NCBI GenBank assembly: GCA_038534095.1
Contig: JBCAXK010000027.1
Span: 1 to 21,857 of the forward strand
Reading direction: 5' to 3'
Source of the DNA: Chlamydiota bacterium
Lineage (GTDB): Bacteria > Chlamydiota > Chlamydiia > Chlamydiales > SM23-39
Length of the DNA: 21,857 nt
The notes beneath the pieces are model-generated. The model saw only the letters and a list, made by a program, of their open reading frames with translations, was not told the DNA's origin and ran no database searches. A program made the translations under genes and the position numbers. Of the stretch, positions 1 through 7,897 are shown one piece after another (positions within the stretch are counted from its first letter, which is position 1; the number at the start of each line of letters is the position of its first letter).

Positions 1-545
1 AAAACACCCCAAAAACTTCTAAGCTTCGCTCAAAAAAACCATAAATAACTAATTTACAAAGACAAAAAGCTCCCTTCAGACAAAAACACAGTTTTGCGAA
101 AAAATTTCTTCAATCGCTCGACCCTCCTCGAGGAGAACAAAAAGCCTGAAACCCACAAGCAAGGCCATGAACCGACACACCGGCGTTAAAAGGAGCCTCG
201 TCATATACCATAGCCACAGTTTTGGATTTTCATCGAAATAATCGGGCAGAGACGGCTTACACCACAAAAAATCTTCATTGTAAATCTCTCTAAGCTATTT
301 GTTTTCAATGATTAAAAACCTCCAAAACAAAAAACATAAGACATGCCGGTTGAGAAATTCCTAGACGGAACTAGAGTAGAAGATCTGGACTACCTACTAA
401 AGACAAGATCTATACGGATAATTTATTAAAGATTTTATAAAAATATAATTTTTTTGAAAAATTTTATATAGAAAATAAACCATGATATTTATTATAATAA
501 GATAAATTTAATATATTTTTAATTAAAATAATAAAAGGTGTGATT

Positions 546-1013
546 ATGATAACTTTCCCTGCAGACCCAAGAATGCATTATCCTGATTCAAGATCGGATG
601 TTAACAGTGGACCCAATAATGGAGAAGAAGCAAAAAACGAGCAATGGAATAACGGTAGAGATGCAAGAATAGCATCTGCAATAGAAAATATAAGCAACCT
701 GAATACTCAGATTGCTAGCCTCAAAGAAAGACGATGCTCTAATTTTAAGCATACGTTCCTTTCTACAGGAATAGCTTGTGGCGCAGTCAGTCTAGCGTGT
801 AGCTCATTAGACTACCAAGGATTGGATCGAGTGATCATCAACCCTTTACTAGTTGCAATCGCGTTTACATCTGTTGCTTATACGTTTTTCCTTACGTACA
901 ATACAAATAACGATATCGACTCAGCATATGGGAATATAATACGTCACGAAAGAGAAATTATACGCGAATATGAGAATACTATTACTCGTTTAGGGCAGAA
1001 CAGAAGACACTAG
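546..1013 (+). CDS. Hypothetical two-TM protein with flanking coiled-coil-like segments; candidate inclusion-membrane (Inc-like) protein
   Basis: ORF 540-1013; the ATG at 546 follows AAAGGTG (534-540). It has a bilobed hydrophobic region TFLSTGIACGAVSLACSSL-DYQGLDR-VIINPLLVAIAFTSVAYTFFLTY, with heptad-like flanks IENISNLNTQIASLKE and IIRHEREIIREYENTITRL. The upstream region is very AT-rich. Confidence 0.55.
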   Translation: MITFPADPRMHYPDSRSDVNSGPNNGEEAKNEQWNNGRDARIASAIENISNLNTQIASLKERRCSNFKHTFLSTGIACGAVSLACSSLDYQGLDRVIINPLLVAIAFTSVAYTFFLTYNTNNDIDSAYGNIIRHEREIIREYENTITRLGQNRRH

Positions 1014-1033
1014 TATTGGATCTACGCTACCCT

Positions 1034-1352
1034 TGCATGCAAGTTTCCTACATCTGACCCCCAGTTCTGTCAGATTCGTGTTGTCCAACTTTTAGCTTGC
1101 ACAAGTGATTTGGACTCTTCAAAAGTCTGCATGGCGGTTTTTCCATAACAATACTTTTCGCTATGGAAGGCCGCCCTCATGATACTTTTCGATCCATTGA
1201 TCCAGCTCCTCTTGTAGTTCTTTTATGCTGAAGGAACCTTTCTTTCTAAAAGCTATAGAGCAGAATGCATTTTGCATTGTTTGATGGAATCTTTCACAAA
1301 TTCTATTTGTTTGAAGAGACTTAGCTTTCGTGCTTGTGTGTTCTATATCCTC
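1034..1352 (-). mobile_element. IS481-family insertion sequence remnant (frameshifted transposase C-terminus plus right end)
   Basis: The minus strand from 1349 reads DIEHTSTKAKSLQTNRICERFHQTMQNAFCSIAFRKKGSFSIKELQEELDQWIEKYH. After a frameshift near 1165-1175 it reads HSEKYCYGKTAMQTFEESK. This matches the IS481 pattern DIEHT.TK...PQTNGICERFH.T...EFY..AFRKK.Y.S..ELQ.DLD.W...YN..R.H.G..C.G.TPM.T. An inverted pair ATCTGAC (1052-1058)/GTCAGAT (1069-1075) lies near the putative end at about 1034. Confidence 0.88.
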
Positions 1353-1570
1353 ACAACGTTCAATGAAGATACGTCACAAATTTTCAAAGATCATTCTCTA
1401 AAAAATAGGTCTTTAGTTAGGAAGTGAGCTTGAAACATTCTCTGGGAAGTACAAGGAAAAAAAGTGCAAAACGAGCCCAACACCGCTTCTCTGCAAACGG
1501 AAATCACCTTGAAGAAGGTTTTTACAAGGAAATGTAAATGCGATCGCCCTAATCTTGATCAGAGGGTGTA

Positions 1571-1600
1571 TTTACACAAAATCTTTGAAACCCGTATAGT
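1571..1600 (+). promoter_or_regulatory. Putative sigma66/sigma70 promoter of the pyrB operon
   Basis: TTTACA (1571-1576), 18-nt spacer, TATAGT (1595-1600); ends 6 nt before the pyrB ATG at 1607. Confidence 0.5.
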
Positions 1601-1606
1601 TGATGC

Positions 1607-2518
1607 ATGATTCAAGAAAAAGCTTTTTCTCAACTGACTTCGATCGATCAATTTGCGAAGGAAGATTTTTTCCATTTTTTTGCTAAAGCACTTGAGGTGA
1701 AAAAAGAAAAAACCTCTTCTGGTCTTGAAGGGAAAATCTTAGCCAGCTGTTTTTTTGAGCCTTCTACAAGAACAAGGCTCTCTTTTGAATCGGCTATGCT
1801 CCGGTTAGGTGGCTCTGTGATCGGTTTTTCCGATGAAAAGGTGACCTCAGGGAAAAAGGGAGAATCATTACAAGATACCATCAAAACCGTTAGCTTGTAC
1901 GCCGATATCATTGTGCTTCGCCACCCACTTGATGGGGCAAGTACCTTAGCAGCGGCTTCCACCACTACTCCTGTGATCAATGCAGGGGATGGAACAGGCG
2001 AGCATCCTACACAAACTCTGACCGATCTATTTACCCTTTATGAAACGCGCTCCTCTTTAGAAGATCTACATATAGGGATCGTCGGAGATCTTTTTTACGG
2101 GAGGACCTGCCACTCGCTTGCGATCGCTCTTAGTCATTTCCAGGCAAGGCTCTATTTTGTTGCCCCATCTGGGTTGCAGATGCCCACTTCGATTTGCGAT
2201 TTATTGAAAAAGCGAGGCATTAAATTTTCCTTTCATGAGACCATGGAAGAGGTAGCTCCTAAATGGGACGTCCTCTACATGACGAGACTGCAAAAAGAGC
2301 GGGGAGCGCAGCTCAATGAGCACCCCTACTTCCTTTTGAAGAAGTCTGATTTAACCCATATGAAACCGAGCGTCTCTATTTTGCATCCCTTTCCTAGAGC
2401 AGGTGAGCTGGATTTAGCCCTAGATGCTTCCAGGCAGGCTCTCTACTTTCAGCAGATGGACAACGGTCTTGTTGTAAGAAAAACCCTTCTTCTTTCTATG
2501 TTAGAGGATCGATCATGA
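1607..2518 (+). CDS. pyrB: Aspartate carbamoyltransferase catalytic subunit
   Basis: Motifs FFEPSTRTRLSFESAM (carbamoyl-phosphate binding), KKGESLQDT, VINAGDGTGEHPTQTL, DVLYMTRLQKER and HPFPR. Confidence 0.97.
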   Translation: MIQEKAFSQLTSIDQFAKEDFFHFFAKALEVKKEKTSSGLEGKILASCFFEPSTRTRLSFESAMLRLGGSVIGFSDEKVTSGKKGESLQDTIKTVSLYADIIVLRHPLDGASTLAAASTTTPVINAGDGTGEHPTQTLTDLFTLYETRSSLEDLHIGIVGDLFYGRTCHSLAIALSHFQARLYFVAPSGLQMPTSICDLLKKRGIKFSFHETMEEVAPKWDVLYMTRLQKERGAQLNEHPYFLLKKSDLTHMKPSVSILHPFPRAGELDLALDASRQALYFQQMDNGLVVRKTLLLSMLEDRS

Positions 2519-2973
2519 ATACCCTATCGATTTTGGCACTAAAAAGCGGAACGATTATTGACCATATTCCTGAACACACTGCCCTCAATATTCTTCAGTG
2601 TTTGCGCAAGTTTCCTAAAAGCGGTTCCTTAACCATAGGAATATCCCTCTTAAGTGAGAAGCTTGGAAGGAAAGACCTGATCAAGATGCATGATCGGAAG
2701 CTGTCTCCAGAAGAAATGACCTACGTTGCCCTTTTTGCTCCTAATGCAACAATCAATGTGATTGAAGACCACTGCCTCATCACAAAAAGCGCCCCCACTT
2801 TTCCAGAAGAGGTGATTGGCATTTTTTCTTGCTTAAATCCCCGTTGTATCACTCACGTAGAGCATGTACCCTCCCATTTTTTTGTCGATGCTAACCGCGC
2901 CCAGATGCACCTACAATGCCGGTACTGCCAATCTATGTTTCCAAGAGATGCCCTGCAAGAGTACGCGCTATGA
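2515..2973 (+). CDS. pyrI: Aspartate carbamoyltransferase regulatory subunit
   Basis: N-terminal LSILALKSGTIIDHIP, GRKDLIK, ALFAPNATINVI, and Zn ligands CLNPRC...CRYC. ATGA overlap with the pyrB stop. Confidence 0.95.
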   Translation: MNTLSILALKSGTIIDHIPEHTALNILQCLRKFPKSGSLTIGISLLSEKLGRKDLIKMHDRKLSPEEMTYVALFAPNATINVIEDHCLITKSAPTFPEEVIGIFSCLNPRCITHVEHVPSHFFVDANRAQMHLQCRYCQSMFPRDALQEYAL

Positions 2974-4205
2974 TCGACCTAGTCCACCTGAAAGAGAATT
3001 ACACCGAGGCCCCCCTCCCCCTTCCTTCAGAAGAATCGATCCTCATCGATGCTTCGGGAGCGATCTTGCTCCCTGCTGGCACCGATCCTCATGTCCATTT
3101 TCGAACGCCTGGGCAGACGTATAAAGAGGACTGGCGCTCGGGAGCTCTTGCCAGTTTCTCCGGAGGGATCACAAGAGTGTTTGATATGCCCAATAATCTT
3201 CCTCCGATTGTTACTCAGCAGGCTCTTGCAGAAAAGCAGAAGGAAATTCGGTCGACCTTGGGCGATCTCCCTCTAAAATTTGGCCTCTACTTTGGCGCGT
3301 CAAAAGATCATCTCGATGAAATTCATAAAGTTCATAGCGACATCATTGGCATCAAAGTCTTCATGGGCTCTTCGACCGGCACCCTTCTACTCGATGATGA
3401 CGCCGCTTTAGAAAAAGTCTTTCAGATTGCAAGTGAGTATGACCTGCTCGTTGCTGTCCACGCCGAAGATGAAGCAAGAATCGAAGAGCGAAAAAAACGG
3501 TACCAAACACTTTCTCCCCATAGTCATTCACTTGTCCGCGACCCGGTCGCTGCAGAAATTGCAGTCATCAAAGCCTGCGATTTGGCCATCAAATATCAAG
3601 TGCGCCTCTACCTTTTACACATTAGCACACAAAAAGAGCTCCGCGCGATCGAAGAGGCAAAAAAAATGAGCGATCAGGTATTTGCCGAGGCTTGTCCTCA
3701 CCACCTTTTTTTCAATGATGAGGCCTACAATCTTCTGGGGCAAAAAATCCTCGTGAATCCTCCTATACGCTCAGAAATAGACCGTCAGTACTTAATCCAC
3801 TCTCTCAAAACAGGCTTGATTGATACGGTGGGATCGGATCACGCGCCCCATCTTTTAGGAGAAAAAGAGGGGCAAAGGCCCCCTTGCGGCGTCCCTGGAA
3901 CAGAAAGTATTTTTCCGATTCTTTGGCACTTGCACGAACAAGAAGGTCTTTCTATAGAAAGGATTGTCTCCCTTACCTCGAAAGCGCAAGAGAGAATTTT
4001 TCGTCTTCCCAAAACCTCCGATTATCTCCTTCTACATACAGAAAATACCCTCCCCTTTCGCTCTCCATCCAAATGCGGCTGGTCCCCTTATGAAGGGCGC
4101 ATTTTTTCAGCGGCGCCCCTTATCCTGATTTTACAAGATAGGATCATGCCCTTGTCTCCAGAAGGCGCTTCACGAAGAAAAGATCCCTCCTATGAAGACG
4201 CCTAA
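2970..4205 (+). CDS. pyrC: Dihydroorotase (amidohydrolase superfamily)
   Basis: Motifs DPHVHFRTPG, DMPNN, IKVFMGSSTG, VHAED, LHIST, EACPHHL, VNPPIR, GSDHAPH and SKCGWSPYEG. Start reassigned from 2916 to the ATG at 2970, which forms an ATGA overlap with the pyrI stop. Confidence 0.92.
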   Translation: MIDLVHLKENYTEAPLPLPSEESILIDASGAILLPAGTDPHVHFRTPGQTYKEDWRSGALASFSGGITRVFDMPNNLPPIVTQQALAEKQKEIRSTLGDLPLKFGLYFGASKDHLDEIHKVHSDIIGIKVFMGSSTGTLLLDDDAALEKVFQIASEYDLLVAVHAEDEARIEERKKRYQTLSPHSHSLVRDPVAAEIAVIKACDLAIKYQVRLYLLHISTQKELRAIEEAKKMSDQVFAEACPHHLFFNDEAYNLLGQKILVNPPIRSEIDRQYLIHSLKTGLIDTVGSDHAPHLLGEKEGQRPPCGVPGTESIFPILWHLHEQEGLSIERIVSLTSKAQERIFRLPKTSDYLLLHTENTLPFRSPSKCGWSPYEGRIFSAAPLILILQDRIMPLSPEGASRRKDPSYEDA

Positions 4206-5148
4206 AGTATACATTCTCCTTTTACACTGGAACGGGTACGACGACACTCTCCGCTGCCTTCTCTCTCTAAAAAATCTACGTTATCCAAGTTATGAGGTGC
4301 TTGTGATTGATAACGGCTCTTCTGATGACTCTCTTTCCAAATTACAACGGATTTTCCCAGATTACCGCTACATTTCTTTAGGAAAAAATCTTGGCTACGC
4401 CGGAGGGAATAATCGGGGCATAGATTACGCTCTTAAAGAAAACGCTGATTACCTCTTTTTACTCAACAATGATACGACAGTTGAGAAAGACACTCTTTGC
4501 CGTTTGATCGAAGGGGCTAAAAGACATCCCAATGGTAGAGCATTTGGCCCAAAAGTCCTCCAAATGTTTGCGCCAAACACTCTAGATTACTTAGGAGGCG
4601 TTTGGGATGAAACGACCTGCAATTATGTGCCTTTTGGGTATAAGGAGCCTCAAAGCTTTTTTCAAAAAGACGTATCACTCGACTACATTTCTGGATGCTC
4701 CCTTTTGCTCGACGCTTCGATTTTTCCTACGATCGACAAATTGGATGAGCGCTTTTTCCTTTTATGGGAAGAAGCAGACCTATGCGCCCGGATCAAAAAG
4801 CAAGGGCATGAGCTTTGGGCTATCCCAGAAAGTGTGATTTACCACAAAGGCTCTTCCTCTTTTTCTGGGAAGGCGCACCTAGAATATTACTGGCATAGAA
4901 ACCGCCTTCTTTGGATGGAAAAACATGTTCCCCGAAAAAATCGTCCCAAAGCGATCAAGCGCTTTCTTAGAAAAGAGCTCATAAAACCGTTTCGTCACTA
5001 CCTGATCAAAAGGCTTCTATGGGCTATATGCCCCCTTTATGCTCCCTCAAAACGGACCGAAAAAAAACGAGCGCAGTTAAGCCGTCTCTACGCCGCTTGT
5101 CTTGGGATGACCCACTACTATTGTCGCAGATTCTCTAAGCGCCCATAA
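4192..5148 (+). CDS. Family 2 glycosyltransferase (GT2, WbbL/rhamnosyltransferase-like)
   Basis: Motifs ILLLHWNG, VLVIDNGSSD, NLGYAGGNNRG, LLNNDT, SGCSLL, DERFFLLWEEADLCARI and YYWHRNRL. Overlaps the pyrC end by 14 nt. Confidence 0.9.
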   Translation: MKTPKVYILLLHWNGYDDTLRCLLSLKNLRYPSYEVLVIDNGSSDDSLSKLQRIFPDYRYISLGKNLGYAGGNNRGIDYALKENADYLFLLNNDTTVEKDTLCRLIEGAKRHPNGRAFGPKVLQMFAPNTLDYLGGVWDETTCNYVPFGYKEPQSFFQKDVSLDYISGCSLLLDASIFPTIDKLDERFFLLWEEADLCARIKKQGHELWAIPESVIYHKGSSSFSGKAHLEYYWHRNRLLWMEKHVPRKNRPKAIKRFLRKELIKPFRHYLIKRLLWAICPLYAPSKRTEKKRAQLSRLYAACLGMTHYYCRRFSKRP

Positions 5149-5428
5149 ATTCTGCGCGCAAGGCAAAATGCCTACTAGCTGCTCATCTGATTTTGCAGTA
5201 AACAAGAACAGATCACTCCAGCCCTCAGTTGTTTCGCTTTTTACCATGTCCATGCCAAAAATTGATGAGAACGATTTGCTTGGAGTTTAGAACAATCTAT
5301 GTTCTTTTTCTCCTTAAGGCCGTTTGTCTTTTGCCTAGCAAACTCTTCTAACTAAACCCTCAGTGTTCATCGCTCGATATACACATCTAACGCAGAGAGA
5401 TAGCCAGCGCGAAGGGAAATGTTTTTCT

Positions 5429-5458
5429 TTGGAAAGCCTTTTTTATTTGTAGTATAGT
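5429..5458 (+). promoter_or_regulatory. Possible sigma66 promoter of the 5515-6543 gene
   Basis: TTGGAA (5429-5434), 18-nt spacer, TATAGT (5453-5458); SD AAAGGAG downstream at 5502-5508. Confidence 0.35.
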
Positions 5459-5514
5459 TACGAAAAATTTTTACCTTTAGACCTTTTCCACATCTTATCT
5501 TAAAGGAGCAAACT

Positions 5515-6543
5515 ATGAGCGCAGTAAAGGAACCACCCCAAGGCATTCGGACCTTGCAAACACAACTTTACAAAGGCATGGGTAATGCATCGAAAGTACT
5601 TGGGCAGTTTAACAAAAGTTAAGCAAAAATCGTTGCCGTGACAAAAGAATGCAAAGAATGGATAGAGCTATTCGAGACAAACCTATCTTCTATTTCAGAG
5701 AAAGCGTTTCAGATAAACAATTTGGAAGCGCTTTCCAAACTGCGTATGGATTCTCCGGAAAAGAGTAAAATCTTGCTGTTGAGAGCATGGAAGTTTCCTA
5801 TAAAGCAAGCAGATCCAGTGATGCAAGCTCTTATGGAGCTGTCTGTTTTGGAAGGTATCATCTTAGTAGCCCAACGCAATTTTAAACACTATCCTCTATT
5901 GAACGAGCTTGATCCGTTGTTACAAGAGGATATAAACGATACTGTATTAGATAGTTTGCCTAAATTCACCATTTCCGATCAGGCAACGCAAGAAAACAAA
6001 CAGGTCCCTACTAAAGAAATGAAGCAAAAAAAATTTGTTCATTCTAGTCAAGCCCCGGAAGAACCTGCTGGCGCGGTATCTGCTGAAAAAAAAGAACGAC
6101 CGTCGATTTCACCCATTACAGAGTTAACGCAATCTAGTAAATCCCGGGGAAAACCTGCTGGCGCCGTATCTGCTGAAAAAAAAGACCAAACGTCGATTTC
6201 AACCATTACAAAGTTAACGCAATTGATTATGCGTGCAAATATTTTACTTACGTCGACAGTAGGTCTATTGATCAATGAATTAGTAACTTTTCAACCAGTT
6301 TTCGAACATTTCTGGGATCGCAGCGAACGTATAGAGAATAGGCCTAACATTCGATTGAAAATCGAGATGCCAGGGCTTAGATTGTCTGCAAAAAATATCT
6401 TAGAATGCTGCTCGCAATGCCTCTCTTTGTACCAATTCTATACAACGATTGAATGTAGGCTTAAGCCATCCCTTACTGTCCAGGAATCAAAAAAAACCAC
6501 AAACAATCCACCAGCAAAAAAACCCGAAGGAAAGCAGGAATAA
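5515..6543 (+). pseudogene. Orphan 342-codon gene interrupted by a single in-frame TAA (5620-5622); effector-like
   Basis: SD AAAGGAG (5502-5508) precedes ATG 5515. It reads MSAVKEPPQGIRTLQTQLYKGMGNASKVLGQFNKS*AKIVAV and continues in the same frame into the 5638-6543 ORF (5638-5515 = 123 nt). The GTG at 5638 has no obvious SD. Confidence 0.65.
6041..6223 (+). repeat. 90-bp (30-aa) imperfect tandem duplication inside the coding region
   Basis: AACCTGCTGGCGC.GTATCTGCTGAAAAAAAAGA...GTCGATTTCA.CCATTACA.AGTTAACGCAAT starts at 6062 and 6152. Peptides: PAGAVSAEKKERPSISPITELTQ and PAGAVSAEKKDQTSISTITKLTQ. Confidence 0.92.
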
Positions 6544-6932
6544 TGGCTTTTTACGCACCGTTCACAGCCCCTCTTGGAAACCTGTCTTTTCTTGATGCTA
6601 TGCACCCATAAACGAGAGCAACTCTTTCCAAGGATTTTTACTAGCTGGTATATCATTTTCGAGCATCTATTTTGCAAGCGCTTATCGCGCTGACAGTAAA
6701 GATAGAAGAGAACATAGCAAGAGGGACCCTCTATTCAAAGTAGGTTCTTTGGAAATGGTTTCATCGATTATGATCCGCTCTACTTTGATCTTTGGAGATT
6801 TTTCCTATGCCTATCATTGATTGATTATTATCAAAGCCTGCTCTCTTTTGTTCTTTTCCAAAAAAATTCTTGCCCTAAAAAAATGGCTTTTTAAAAATGC
6901 ATTGCAAAAATTTTATCTAGGAGATTTTTACG

Positions 6933-7280
6933 ATGAGTGGAATTGGAATAAGACAACAGGACTTTCAAGCAATGCTTCTTTCTGAACTATACGATCTTCA
7001 GCGACGTGTACAAGATTGGGGAAGAGATCTTCCTATAGCAGAACTCACAGGTTGTCAAAAAATCACGGAAGCGCAGAACCATGTGGAGAGAATTTTTGCC
7101 AGCTTGCTTGCTGATCTCCCCGCATCTCTCCCAACTGCGAATATTGGTACACATACCTTTTCCCAGGCCGCAAATGCGCTCAATCAGGAAGCAAGAGAAA
7201 CCGAAGAGAAAAGCCCTTCAGAAACACCTGACGTAGATCATCGCATCCAAGAGATCGGGAAAAAAACGCTAGGCAATTAG
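6933..7280 (+). CDS. Small hypothetical helical protein
   Basis: 115-aa ORF with SD AGGAG (6919-6923) and an AT-rich upstream region. No family recognised. Confidence 0.7.
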   Translation: MSGIGIRQQDFQAMLLSELYDLQRRVQDWGRDLPIAELTGCQKITEAQNHVERIFASLLADLPASLPTANIGTHTFSQAANALNQEARETEEKSPSETPDVDHRIQEIGKKTLGN

Positions 7281-7287
7281 CACCGGA

Positions 7288-7727
7288 GAGAAGAGAGCTC
7301 CATGGGAGCGCGTAACGTGGTGATCTCTTTTGATACAAAATACAACTTCTTTTTTTGAACGAAGAACTTGATGGCACAACTCTTCGTTCAAGATATGTAG
7401 ATATGCCAAGCAACCTTGTCGCTTCGTCAAGAAAGAAAAATAGAAGACATTTTTCAACAAATAGATGAAGAAACAGGGGGAATGCCCCATGATTACCCTG
7501 TTAAGTTTTGCTGAGGATTTTCCAGGATGAAAGCGCCCTTTCAAAAGGTTCTCGAAAGGAGGGAAATAAAACCTAACGCTTCTTATCCTAAACTTTAGTA
7601 CAGCCGTCAAAACCCCGTTTTTTAGACAGATCCTACCGAATCGGGCACAAACCTTTGATTCGCTCATAGGGATGAGCTTCATCATATCATGAGGATTGTG
7701 GAGATTTTTTCGATGGGTTTTTTCTAT
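7288..7727 (-). pseudogene. Probable decayed Rpn/YhgA-like (PD-(D/E)XK, Transposase_31) gene
   Basis: AGGAGGT SD (7740-7734), then ATA at 7727 in frame with HNPHD-MMKLIP-MS-ESKV-CAR-F-GRIC-L-KNG-VL, then LKGRF.....SAKLN and FIYLL-x14-CLAY. A second frame gives ILYQKRSPRYALPW. The spacing follows the Rpn pattern PHD..FK..MS...VA..F....LP / LK..FSD.LYS.K / YIYLL.EHQS...M..RLL.Y / LFYHG..SPY....W, but catalytic residues are lost. Confidence 0.5.
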
Positions 7728-7848
7728 CTGATGACCTCCTACCTACTTGACCTTTTTTCAGAAAAATTCACCCCCACAATCCCTATAAAGGATTCTCCTA
7801 TGAAAGGATCCTCCTTAGAAAAAAAAACTCTTCTCAAACAGAGGAACA

Positions 7849-7857
7849 TGGTATAAC
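7849..7857 (+). promoter_or_regulatory. Possible extended -10 promoter for the T3SS operon
   Basis: TGgTATAAC 40 nt upstream of the sctJ ATG. Confidence 0.4.
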
Positions 7858-7897
7858 AGTAGTTTAGAAACGGTTTCTTTAGTGAGATTACTTATTT

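Noticed and set aside
76..267. 63-aa minus-strand ORF
   Set aside because: TTG start without SD and no recognisable motif; cannot be supported as a gene.
343..429. 28-codon ORF MPVEKFLDGTRVEDLDYLLKTRSIRIIY upstream of the Inc-like gene
   Set aside because: No SD, and too short to distinguish from chance.
1353..1570. Possible pyrL/PyrR attenuator upstream of pyrB (weak CGCCCT...AGGGTG stem near 1545-1568)
   Set aside because: No leader peptide, PyrR-binding loop motif or U-tract terminator, and it lies upstream of the best promoter candidate.
2916..2969. Longer pyrC start from the ORF track
   Set aside because: It overlaps the pyrI Zn-finger coding region; ATG 2970 gives the usual ATGA coupling.
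5149..5420. Short ORFs in the gap after the GT2 gene (including a KQIVLINFW thioredoxin-like snippet on the minus strand)
   Set aside because: No CxxC follows and there is no extended similarity; likely chance.
7269..7685. 138-aa ORF as an intact gene
   Set aside because: Its SD is ~50 nt upstream in front of an ATA codon; it is better explained as part of a decayed Rpn-like gene.
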